Positions 30,568 to 39,389 of a stretch of 64,000 bases of DNA are shown one piece after another. Origin of the DNA: a bacterium (GTDB lineage: Bacteria > SAR324 > JACQKK01); assembly GCA_035266845.1 (NCBI GenBank), contig DATFMP010000103.1, forward strand, positions 42,891 to 106,890. The letters run 5' to 3'. Below the pieces are notes generated by a model. The model did not search any database, was not told where the DNA came from, and saw nothing but the letters and a program-made list of their open reading frames with translations. The stretch's first letter is position 1. Every line of letters begins with the position of its first letter. The translations under genes were made by a program, and so were the position numbers.

Positions 30568-31058
30568 AATTCCTCACCTTCGCCGGCATCGGAATCGTCG
30601 CGCTGTGGCTGCAGCTCACCCTGGCACCGATGATGTCCGTGTTCGGCTACAAGCCGGATCTGCTGCTGCTGTCGGTGGTGGTGATCGGATTGCGCTGGCT
30701 GGAGCCGTGGCTGTTCCTCTACGCCGTATTCGCCGGGCTGGCCAAGGATGTGTTCTCGCACGGTGCACTGGGCGTCTATGGCATCAGCTTCTTCGGCGTA
30801 TCGTTCCTGGCGCGCTTTGTGGGCATCTCGGTCTATGAAAACAGCCTGCTGCTGGGCATGGCCAGTGTGTTCGGCCTGTCTCTGGCGGAAGGGATGGTGG
30901 CGCTGACATTGTTCGACCTGCTGGAGTCGTCCGTGCCCTGGTGGCACTGGCTGCTGACCGACATCTTCCCCACCGCGGTGGTCAACGCGCTGTGGTCGCC
31001 CCTGCTGTTCTACGGATTCGCCCGCCTGGAGCGCTGGGTGCGCCCCTCGGAAGCTTGA
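30564..31058 (+). CDS. mreD: rod shape-determining protein MreD
   Basis: ATGA overlap with mreC. Small polytopic membrane protein in the canonical position. Confidence 0.65.
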   Translation: MKFLTFAGIGIVALWLQLTLAPMMSVFGYKPDLLLLSVVVIGLRWLEPWLFLYAVFAGLAKDVFSHGALGVYGISFFGVSFLARFVGISVYENSLLLGMASVFGLSLAEGMVALTLFDLLESSVPWWHWLLTDIFPTAVVNALWSPLLFYGFARLERWVRPSEA

Positions 31059-31073
31059 GGACGGAGCACGCCT

Positions 31074-33053
31074 GTGAAATTCGCCCCGCTTTCGACCGAT
31101 GAGGTCCAGCTATTCCGGCAGCGCCTGGTGCTGGTGCTGGGCGGGTTTGCGCTCCTGCTGGCGGTGGTGCTCTTTCGGCTGTGGTTTCTGCAGATCATCG
31201 AGGGCGGCTATTACGAGGAAGTCGCCAAGGGCAACCGCATCCGTGTCATTCCGGAAGGTGCCCCGCGTGGCATCATCTACGATCGCCAAGGGGAGATTCT
31301 GGCGTTCAACCGTCCGTCCTTCGACGTGCAGATCATCCTGGAGGACACGCCCGATCTGAAGACGACGCTGCAGCACCTCGCGCTGGTCACGGATACGCCG
31401 GTCAAGGACCTGCACGCCACGCTGATGGCCAACCGCCGAGGGCCACGCTTCAAACCGATCGTGCTGTTGAAGGACGTGGGCCGCAAGACGGCGGACCTCA
31501 TCGAGACTTACCAGGAAGACTTGCCTGGCGTGTCCGTGGCAGTGGAGCCCAAGCGGCTCTACCCCACGGCCTACCTGGATGCGCACGTGCTGGGCTATGT
31601 GGGGGTGATCAACGAGGACCAACTCACCAAGCTCCCCTTGAGCCGCCTCACCTCGGGCCGCATCGTGGGGCAGGCCGGCATCGAGCTGCGAGAGAACAAC
31701 GTCCTGATTGGCACCGACGGCGGCAAGCAGGTGGAGGTGGACCACGTCGGCCGCGAGCTGAAGGTGCTCAGTAAGCCCATCAACCCCGTACCGGGTGCGG
31801 ACATCCAGCTCACGATCGACCTGCGCCTGCAGCGCTATATCCGCACGTTGATGCAGGGCTATCAGGGCGTGGTGATCGTGTCCAAGCCCCGTACCGGCGA
31901 GGTGCTGGCCATGGGCAGCTATCCGGATTACGACCCCAATCAATTCGTGGGCGGCATTGACGACGCCAAGTGGCGGGCGTTGATGCGCAATCCTGACAAG
32001 CCGCTCATCAACAAGGCCATTCAGGGACTGTATCCACCGGGCTCCACCTTCAAGATGGTGCTGGCGGCCGCGGCGCTGAACACGGGCGCGATCGATCCCA
32101 CCACCGAGCTCAACTGCCCCGGCTACTACCGCATCAACCGCGAGATACACTATTGCTGGAAGCGCTCCGGCCACGGCAACGTGGCGGTGGCGGAGGCCCT
32201 GGAGCAATCCTGCAACGTGTTCTTCTACCAGGTGGGCATGATGCTGGGCGTGGACACGATCCACGACTATGCCCGCATGTTCGGCTTCGGCCAGCCCACC
32301 GGTATCGAACTGGAGAGCGAGAAGGCCGGGCTCATCCCCAGCCGCGAGTGGAAGCAGCGCGTGATGGGCGAGAAGTGGTACGATGGCGAGACGGTGTCCG
32401 TGGCCATTGGCCAGGGTTACGTATCCGTCACGCCCATCCAGCTCTCCGCCTACCTGGATACGATCGCGAACGGCGGGCTGTGGGTGCGGCCCACGCTGAT
32501 CCGCCGCATCACGGAGCCGGACGGCCATGTCCTCACCAGTGAGGCGGACCTGCCCCGCGACTCCCGCCTGCTGCCCCTGCCGCCGGAGATCTTCGACGTG
32601 ATCCGCCATGGCATGGTGGAGGCTGTCAACGGCCCACACGCCACAGCCTGGCGGGCCCGTTCGCGCCGGTTCACCATCGCGGGCAAGACCGGCACCTCCC
32701 AGGTCGTGGGCCGCAAGTCCGTCAAGACGGGAGAGGATGTGGAGAAAAACGATGACCTGCTGGCACACTCCCTGTTCGTGGGCTATGCGCCTGCGGAAGA
32801 TCCCAAGGTCACCGTGACAGTGCTCGTCGAGCACGGCGAGTCGGGCGGACGCACCGCCGCGCCCATCGCCCGCAAGATCCTGGAGTTCTACAACAAGAAC
32901 ATCGCCCCGCTGGATACCGGCCTGCCCGCCATCCGCACAGCCGGCAGTGTAGACAAGGCGTTCCACAGCAACCTGCAGACTGCCTTCGACCCGAACCGGG
33001 AGGGCCTCGTGATGCCAGCGCCGCCCTCCGCGCCCGCCGCCGGGACCAACTGA
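31074..33053 (+). CDS. mrdA: penicillin-binding protein 2 (elongasome transpeptidase)
   Basis: R-x-I-x-x-x-RG-x-I-x-DR N-terminus, active site PPGSTFKM, SCN and KTGTSQ motifs. Confidence 0.9.
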   Translation: MKFAPLSTDEVQLFRQRLVLVLGGFALLLAVVLFRLWFLQIIEGGYYEEVAKGNRIRVIPEGAPRGIIYDRQGEILAFNRPSFDVQIILEDTPDLKTTLQHLALVTDTPVKDLHATLMANRRGPRFKPIVLLKDVGRKTADLIETYQEDLPGVSVAVEPKRLYPTAYLDAHVLGYVGVINEDQLTKLPLSRLTSGRIVGQAGIELRENNVLIGTDGGKQVEVDHVGRELKVLSKPINPVPGADIQLTIDLRLQRYIRTLMQGYQGVVIVSKPRTGEVLAMGSYPDYDPNQFVGGIDDAKWRALMRNPDKPLINKAIQGLYPPGSTFKMVLAAAALNTGAIDPTTELNCPGYYRINREIHYCWKRSGHGNVAVAEALEQSCNVFFYQVGMMLGVDTIHDYARMFGFGQPTGIELESEKAGLIPSREWKQRVMGEKWYDGETVSVAIGQGYVSVTPIQLSAYLDTIANGGLWVRPTLIRRITEPDGHVLTSEADLPRDSRLLPLPPEIFDVIRHGMVEAVNGPHATAWRARSRRFTIAGKTGTSQVVGRKSVKTGEDVEKNDDLLAHSLFVGYAPAEDPKVTVTVLVEHGESGGRTAAPIARKILEFYNKNIAPLDTGLPAIRTAGSVDKAFHSNLQTAFDPNREGLVMPAPPSAPAAGTN

Positions 33054-33138
33054 TGGCTTGGTGTCCGCCCGCGAAGACTACGCTGCTCGCAGGGACGGCG
33101 GGGTGCGCCCGCACCGCGCCGCCGCGCAGGAGGCGCCG

Positions 33139-33723
33139 ATGAAGCAGCAGCGCGCCCTCTGCTTGGCGTCCACCTCTCCTCGGCGCCGCGAGCTGCTGGA
33201 GCGCTTCGGGCTGGAGTTTGCCGTGTTCTCGCCGCAGGTGGAGGAGCGCCTGCTGCCAGGCGAGGCCCCCGGGGCCCATGTGCAGCGTCTGGCTGCGCAG
33301 AAGGCCGAGGCGGCGCGGGCCGCCTTCCCACAGCACGGCATCCTGGCCGGCGATACGGTGGTGCTGCACGGGGAGGTGATTCTGGGCAAGCCCGCGGACG
33401 TAGCCGATGCCGAGCGCATGCTGACCCGGCTTTCCGGCGAGACGCACCGGGTGCTCTCCGCCTATGCGCTGCTGGATGCAGCCACGGGCGAGCAGAGTGG
33501 GGGCACCGTGGAGACTCGCGTGACCTTCCGCCGGTTGCCGCCCGCTTGGATTCAATGGTACAGCCGGTTGGACGAAGCGCGGGACAAGGCGGGGGCCTAC
33601 GGCATCCAAGGTATCGGCGGCGCGATGGTGGAACGGATCGAAGGCTCCTATCCAAACGTGGTCGGCTTTCCCATCGAAGTCATCGTGTGGGATCTGCTGG
33701 CGCGGGGGTGGGTCGCGCTATGA
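33139..33723 (+). CDS. maf: Maf-like nucleoside triphosphate pyrophosphatase
   Basis: LASTSPRRRELL, GKP, AGAYGIQG. Confidence 0.85.
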   Translation: MKQQRALCLASTSPRRRELLERFGLEFAVFSPQVEERLLPGEAPGAHVQRLAAQKAEAARAAFPQHGILAGDTVVLHGEVILGKPADVADAERMLTRLSGETHRVLSAYALLDAATGEQSGGTVETRVTFRRLPPAWIQWYSRLDEARDKAGAYGIQGIGGAMVERIEGSYPNVVGFPIEVIVWDLLARGWVAL

Positions 33724-34709
33724 TGCGACGTGTGCTCGCAGGCCTGTGTCTATGCCTGTGTCTGGCCGCCCTGGCGGCCCCGCCTCTGGCCGCTGCCGAG
33801 GACGAGGTGGTGCCGGAGGGTGCCTGGATGATGCGCCTGGGCGTCTCGGCCCACACGGAGACCCAGGCCTTCAGCCGGCTGCACAAGCAGGCGCCGCTGC
33901 TGGACTACCTGGTGCCGGACGAGACGGTGCGTACCACCCTGAACGGCGGCGTGCAGCGTGACGTGAAGCGGGCGCAGGTGGACGCCACCTACGGGCTCAG
34001 CGATACCTGGAACCTCGTCCTGGGCCTGCCCTACGAGCAGGTGCACCAATCCTCCACGCTCAGCACCGCCTCGGCCTCCGCCGACGCGCAGGCAGCGGTG
34101 GATCGCCTGCAAAGCCGCACCGTGAGCGGTGCGGGGCGCCTGCAGGTGGGCAGCCTGCACCGGCCGGTGTTCACCGATCGCAGCGGCTTCGTATGGGGCT
34201 ACGGCGTGGACTGGCCGCTGGAGGCTCCGGCAAGTCCCTGGGCCGGCCGCGGCACGCTGCTGGTGGATAGCCCGTTTCCTCGCCTGTACGGACTGCTGCA
34301 CTACACGTTCTATCCGTTCATCCCCCGCACGCACCTGGACCTGCGGCTGGAACTGGGCACGTCCGTTACGCGCCGCCTGGAGCTGTATGGGGGCGGCCAC
34401 GACTCGGTCAATCCCGGCAACGACCTGATGGCTTCCATGGGCTGGTCGCAGGAGTTCGGGCGCGTCGCCACGGAACTGACCGCATTGGTGTTCCGTCAGG
34501 GCGAAACCCGGCTGAACACGGTTCCACAGGGCGACGGGGTTTCCAGCACCAGCGTGCGGCTGATGGTGGGCTATGGCAACCTGACCGAACTGGAGCAGGG
34601 ACCGATCGCATTTCCCTATCAGGTGCAGCTTCGCTATCAGCAGGTGCTGGCGGGATATGATCTGCCCCTGTTGAAGCAGCTGAGCCTGAGCCTGCAATTC
34701 TACTTCTAG
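33720..34709 (+). CDS. outer-membrane beta-barrel protein (unknown family)
   Basis: ATGA overlap with maf. Signal MMRRVLAGLCLCLCLAALAAPPLAAA. Alternating beta pattern. C-terminal LSLSLQFYF. Confidence 0.55.
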   Translation: MMRRVLAGLCLCLCLAALAAPPLAAAEDEVVPEGAWMMRLGVSAHTETQAFSRLHKQAPLLDYLVPDETVRTTLNGGVQRDVKRAQVDATYGLSDTWNLVLGLPYEQVHQSSTLSTASASADAQAAVDRLQSRTVSGAGRLQVGSLHRPVFTDRSGFVWGYGVDWPLEAPASPWAGRGTLLVDSPFPRLYGLLHYTFYPFIPRTHLDLRLELGTSVTRRLELYGGGHDSVNPGNDLMASMGWSQEFGRVATELTALVFRQGETRLNTVPQGDGVSSTSVRLMVGYGNLTELEQGPIAFPYQVQLRYQQVLAGYDLPLLKQLSLSLQFYF

Positions 34710-34720
34710 CGGAGGCCCAG

Positions 34721-36421
34721 ATGGCCTTCCTCCGCGGCACGCTGCTGCTGCTCATAGCCCTGCTCACCGCCTCGGCGGTCTGGGGCCAGGGCCCGCTGCA
34801 GGTGGAGGATGTGGAACTGGGCGGCGAAACGCTGCAGTTCGCGGCGCACCCCTGGCAGGGCCGACCAGCGGTCTCTGCGTTTACCCGCCGCGAAATACCG
34901 CAGAGCGCACCGCAGCTGGTCGTGCACGAGGTGGTGCTGGACGAGACCGGCTGGCACGAGGTGGGGCGCTGGCTCCTGCCGGACGGCACGCGCTACGTGG
35001 AGCCGATGGTGCTGCCCGGCGGCGCATCGGGCTGGCTGCTGCTGGTGGGCACACAGTGGCAGATTGCCCAGGCGGACGGCGCCAAGCTGGCGCTGCACCC
35101 CATGTGCGCCTGCGACACGATCTATTCCCACGGCGGTGCGCCCGACCCCGACGAGCAGCACTTCGTGTACGACCTGGATGGCGACGGGATCGACGAGGTG
35201 GTGCTGCCCTACTCCAGCTATCTGGAGGCCTACCGCATCGTTCCGCAGGCGCTGGCGCCCGAGCCGTTGTGGCGCATCCGCTGGCATCCCGACGGCACCC
35301 CGCTGACCCGCGCCAAGCCGGCTGAGCACGGCTTCGTGCTGCCGGACTTCTCCTTTCCGGATGTGGCCGGCAACGGCCAGCGCGACCTGCTGGTGGTGGA
35401 GCGTGACCGCGTGCTGGTGGCGCCGCTGCCGGCTCCGACGGTGTCCGGCGGCTACGGCTTGGACGACGGCCGCCGCGCGCTGCTGGCCCGGCGCTCGCAA
35501 GGCACACCGCTACCCGCCAGCCTCTCCTACGCGCTGCACCGCATCGGCGACCGCCGCTTCGATACGGCCGCGGCGTTCCTCGCCGCGCTGGCCCAGAGCG
35601 TGCCCGGCACCGAGACGAGCGATTGGGCCCCGCACCTGCTGGGGCTGCTGGCCTTGGCGCGCAGCGAGCTGCCTGTGGTGCAGCCCTATGCCGTGCCCAT
35701 CACCGGGCTGGGCACCTTCGCGGACGATGACCGCGAGATGGTGCTGGGGCGGACTGACATGGATGGGGACGGCGTGCTCGATCTGCTGCACGCCAAGCTG
35801 ATCCACTACGGCAGCGTGTTCAGCCAGCAGAACGAGCTGCGCTGGTACCGCGGGCACATCGAGGGCGGGCGCCTTGCCTTCGCGCCCCCCACCGAGGCCC
35901 TGCGCAGCGATGCCGGTTCCTTCGCGGAGCTGGTGCGCCCGCGCCGGGAAGGCACTCCGCCGCTGGCGCTGCTGATGGCCACCACGAACGTGAACCTGGG
36001 CTCCATCATGAAGGCGCTGGCCAGCCAGAGCGTGACCCTGCAGGCGCGCATCCTGCCATGGCAGGCAGGCGCCCTGGCCCAGGCGCCCCAGGCCGCCAAC
36101 GAGTTCACCTACCACGAGCTGAAGGCGTCCGGCCGGCGGGCGATGTTCCTCTTCGCGGACCTGAACGGGGACGGGTGGCGGGACTACCTCCTGAACCTCT
36201 ACGCGGACTCGTTGTCCGTGTTCCTCTCCACGGACGGGCCGCCGGGCCTTGCCAAGCCCAGCTTCGTGCAGCGGGGCCTCACGTTGTCCTCGCGGCCCGA
36301 GCGCGTACTCATCGCCGACCTGGCCGGGGACGGGCACGAGGAGATCGTGCTGCGCTACCGCAAGGACTACCACCCCAAGCTGGCCACCAAGCTGCGGGTG
36401 ATCCGCTACGTGGCGCCGTAG
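34721..36421 (+). CDS. secreted FG-GAP/VCBS-like repeat protein
   Basis: Signal peptide. Five calcium-type loops: DLDGDGIDEVV, DVAGNGQRDLLV, DMDGDGVLDLL, DLNGDGWRDYLL, DLAGDGHEEIVL. Confidence 0.65.
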   Translation: MAFLRGTLLLLIALLTASAVWGQGPLQVEDVELGGETLQFAAHPWQGRPAVSAFTRREIPQSAPQLVVHEVVLDETGWHEVGRWLLPDGTRYVEPMVLPGGASGWLLLVGTQWQIAQADGAKLALHPMCACDTIYSHGGAPDPDEQHFVYDLDGDGIDEVVLPYSSYLEAYRIVPQALAPEPLWRIRWHPDGTPLTRAKPAEHGFVLPDFSFPDVAGNGQRDLLVVERDRVLVAPLPAPTVSGGYGLDDGRRALLARRSQGTPLPASLSYALHRIGDRRFDTAAAFLAALAQSVPGTETSDWAPHLLGLLALARSELPVVQPYAVPITGLGTFADDDREMVLGRTDMDGDGVLDLLHAKLIHYGSVFSQQNELRWYRGHIEGGRLAFAPPTEALRSDAGSFAELVRPRREGTPPLALLMATTNVNLGSIMKALASQSVTLQARILPWQAGALAQAPQAANEFTYHELKASGRRAMFLFADLNGDGWRDYLLNLYADSLSVFLSTDGPPGLAKPSFVQRGLTLSSRPERVLIADLAGDGHEEIVLRYRKDYHPKLATKLRVIRYVAP

Positions 36422-36434
36422 GCGGCCGCCCGCG

Positions 36435-37922
36435 TCAGTCCCGCATCTCGAAGTCCGGCAGGTCTCCCTCCACCGCGTACTCGTTCAGCTTGTTGCGCAG
36501 GGTGCGGATGCTGATGGAGAGCACCTTGGCGGCCTGGGTGCGGTTGCCGCCGGTGTTGCGCAGGGTCTCGAAGATCAGCTTCTTCTCCGCATCCTTCATG
36601 GACATGCCCACGGCGACGCCCAGGCCGCGACCGCTGCCGTTGCTGCCGTTCGTGCCGTTGGCACTCGCTTTCCCCTTGCTCGGCGGGGGAGCTGCGGCCT
36701 TGGCGGCGGGCTTGGATTCCGCCTGGGTGCCGACAGGCGGGATGTGGCCCATCATCAGGTGCTGGGGCAGGATCTCCTTGGCGTCGCAGAGCAGCAGGGC
36801 GCGCTCCATCACGTTCTCCAGTTCGCGCACGTTGCCGCGCCAGTTGTAGTGGCACAGCACCTCCATCGCCGCCGCGGCGATGGGCACGGGCTTGCGGCCG
36901 TTCTTGGCCGCGTGCATCTGCACGAAGTGATCGGCCAGCAGCGGGATGTCGCCCTTCCGCTCGCGCAGGGCCGGCAGCCGCAGCGGGATCACGTTCAGCC
37001 GGTAGTAGAGGTCCTCGCGGAACTTGCCCTGCTCCACGTAGGAGAACAGGTCGCGGTTGGTCGTGGCAATCACGCGCACATCCACCGGGATGGGCTCCTT
37101 GCCACCGATGCGGTCCACCTCGTACTCCTGCAGCACGCGCAGCAGCTTGGCCTGCAACGGCAGCGCCATCTCGCTGATCTCGTCCAGCAGGATGGTGCCT
37201 GTGTGGGCCTGCTCAAAGCGCCCCTTGTGATCCTGGATGGCCCCCGTGAAGGCGCCCTTGCGGTGCCCGAAGAGCTCGCTCTCCAACAGCGTATCGGGCA
37301 GCGCGGCGCAGTTCACGGCCACGAAGGGCCCTTCGGCCCGGTCCGAGCGGTCGTGGATGAAGCGCGCCAGCAGCTCCTTCCCTGTGCCGCTCTCGCTCTG
37401 GATCAGCACGGTGGCCCTGCTGCGCGCGATGTTCTCCGCCATGCCCAGCATCTGCAGCATGCCCTCGTCCGCCGTGACGATCTCCTTCAGCTCGCCGCGC
37501 TCGGGCGCGGGGCGCTCCTCCGCCGCGGCGGCGCGCGGGGCGGCGGTGGCGCGCTCCTCCTTGCTCATGTTGAGGGCGCGATCCACCTTGAAGGTGAACA
37601 CGTCGGACTTGAACGGCTTCTGGATGTAGTCGAAGGCACCGTTCTTCATGGCCTCGATGGCCGTATCGATCGTGGCGTAGGCCGTCACCATCAGCACGGG
37701 CATCTCCGGCTTGAGCGCCTTGATGTCCTTGAGCAGCTCCAGCCCGCTGCGCTTTGGCATCGTCATGTCCGTGACGACCATCGCGTACGCGTTCTTCTTG
37801 AACTTGTTGAGCGCGTCGATGGCGTTGTGCGACACCTCCACCGGATACCCTGCGTGCTTGAGGGTCTCCGACATGGCGATGCGCATTTCGACTTCGTCGT
37901 CCACGATCAAAATCGGATTCAT
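36435..37922 (-). CDS. sigma-54-dependent response regulator (NtrC family: REC-AAA+-Fis HTH)
   Basis: MNPILIVDDE...[30 protein letters not shown]-terminal NRTQAAKVLSISIRTLRNKL. Confidence 0.9.
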   Translation of the reverse strand: MNPILIVDDEVEMRIAMSETLKHAGYPVEVSHNAIDALNKFKKNAYAMVVTDMTMPKRSGLELLKDIKALKPEMPVLMVTAYATIDTAIEAMKNGAFDYIQKPFKSDVFTFKVDRALNMSKEERATAAPRAAAAEERPAPERGELKEIVTADEGMLQMLGMAENIARSRATVLIQSESGTGKELLARFIHDRSDRAEGPFVAVNCAALPDTLLESELFGHRKGAFTGAIQDHKGRFEQAHTGTILLDEISEMALPLQAKLLRVLQEYEVDRIGGKEPIPVDVRVIATTNRDLFSYVEQGKFREDLYYRLNVIPLRLPALRERKGDIPLLADHFVQMHAAKNGRKPVPIAAAAMEVLCHYNWRGNVRELENVMERALLLCDAKEILPQHLMMGHIPPVGTQAESKPAAKAAAPPPSKGKASANGTNGSNGSGRGLGVAVGMSMKDAEKKLIFETLRNTGGNRTQAAKVLSISIRTLRNKLNEYAVEGDLPDFEMRD

Positions 37923-38027
37923 GCGTCTAGCCTCCTGGTTGGCCTCCCTGGCCGCTCCGGCATCCCTGCCGTGCGCACCGGCCCCCCTGTGCGAGCGATC
38001 GCCGGGCCGGCCCCGCTGGTGCGGCGC

Positions 38028-39389
38028 CTACTGCGCCGCGATGAGCGGAAACATGAAAATGAACTCGGTGCCCTTGCCCTCACCACTGACCACATCGACC
38101 GTGGCGTGGTGGGATTCGATGATGTTGTGCACGATGGCCAGTCCCAGCCCCGTGCCGCGGGCCTTGGTGGTGAAGAAGGGGTCGAAGATCTTCCGCTGCA
38201 CCTCCTTCGGGATGCCCGGCCCCGTGTCCCGCACGCCCACCTCCACCACGTCCAGCGCGGCGCCCTCGTGCACGGGCACATCGCCGAAGCGCGCCAACTC
38301 CTTGCCGTTGGTGACGGTGCGCCGGCGCGATGCGAACGTGACGCAACCGCCTTCGGGCATGGCCTGCACAGCGTTGAGCAGCAGGTTGTGAAAGACCTGC
38401 TTGAGCAGGTCCTCGTCGCCCCGCACGCGCGCGGGCTGCTCCCCCAGATCGTACACCAGTTCCACCCCGTTCTGCTCGGCCATATAGCGCGAGAACTCCC
38501 CCATCTCGTGCAGCAGCCGGTGCAGGTCCAGCGTGCGCAGGTTCACCGGGCGGGGCTTGGTGTACTCCAGCACGTTGGAGATGATGTGGTTCATGTTGGC
38601 GATGCCGGAGGAGATGTGGTTCATCAACGCCAACTTCTCCTCGTCGGCCAAGCCCTTCTTCACCAACGACGCGAACAGCTCGATGCTGCCCAGGGGATTT
38701 CGGATCTCGTGGGCGATGGTCGCCGCCATCTCGCCCATGGCCGTAAAGCGGTTGCGCCGTTCCGCCTGCTCTTCGAGCTGCTTGAGCAGCGTCACGTCCT
38801 GCGCGTTGAGGATGTAGCCCAGCGGCCGGCCCTCGCCCGTCATCTGGGTAAGCGAAATCTGCAGGTGCAGCGTCTCTCCGTCCGGCCGGTGATACGTGAG
38901 CGGCTCGTCCAGATCGTACGCGGCCCCATCCGGCTCGGGCCCGGTGCCGTCCACGGCAAAAATCTCCGCCTCCAGCACCTCGTTGACGCCCAGACCGACG
39001 ATGGCCTCGGCGGTCGCACCGATCATCTCCAGCCCCGCGCGGTTGATGGAGGTGATGGCGCCCTGCAGGTCGGTCACGAACACGCCGACGGGCAGGCTCT
39101 CGAAGATGTTGGAGAGATAGGTCTTGACCTTCTCCCGCTCCTCCAGGTTGCGCTCCAGCTCCTGGTTCTTCTCGCTCAGCTCCAGGTTCAGGTCCGCCAC
39201 CTGACCCTGCAGGTCCTTGTAGGATTCCTGCAGCTTCTCGGCCGCCTGCGTGAACGCTGCAAAGCCCTGCTCGAGCAGCACGTTCTTCTGCTCCAGCTCC
39301 AGCTCCAGCGCCTTGATGCGGGCCTGGAGCGCCGCCTCCCCGTCGATCGGGGGAGCGGCCCGGGTGCGTTGGGCGGCTTTGCGCGTCAT
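38028..39389 (-). CDS. sensor histidine kinase (coiled coil-PAS-HisKA-HATPase)
   Basis: H-box IAHEIRNPLGSI, N-box NLLLNAVQA, G-boxes DTGPGI and GTGLGLAIV. The ATG at 39389 overlaps the upstream stop (ATGA). Confidence 0.85.
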   Translation of the reverse strand: MTRKAAQRTRAAPPIDGEAALQARIKALELELEQKNVLLEQGFAAFTQAAEKLQESYKDLQGQVADLNLELSEKNQELERNLEEREKVKTYLSNIFESLPVGVFVTDLQGAITSINRAGLEMIGATAEAIVGLGVNEVLEAEIFAVDGTGPEPDGAAYDLDEPLTYHRPDGETLHLQISLTQMTGEGRPLGYILNAQDVTLLKQLEEQAERRNRFTAMGEMAATIAHEIRNPLGSIELFASLVKKGLADEEKLALMNHISSGIANMNHIISNVLEYTKPRPVNLRTLDLHRLLHEMGEFSRYMAEQNGVELVYDLGEQPARVRGDEDLLKQVFHNLLLNAVQAMPEGGCVTFASRRRTVTNGKELARFGDVPVHEGAALDVVEVGVRDTGPGIPKEVQRKIFDPFFTTKARGTGLGLAIVHNIIESHHATVDVVSGEGKGTEFIFMFPLIAAQ

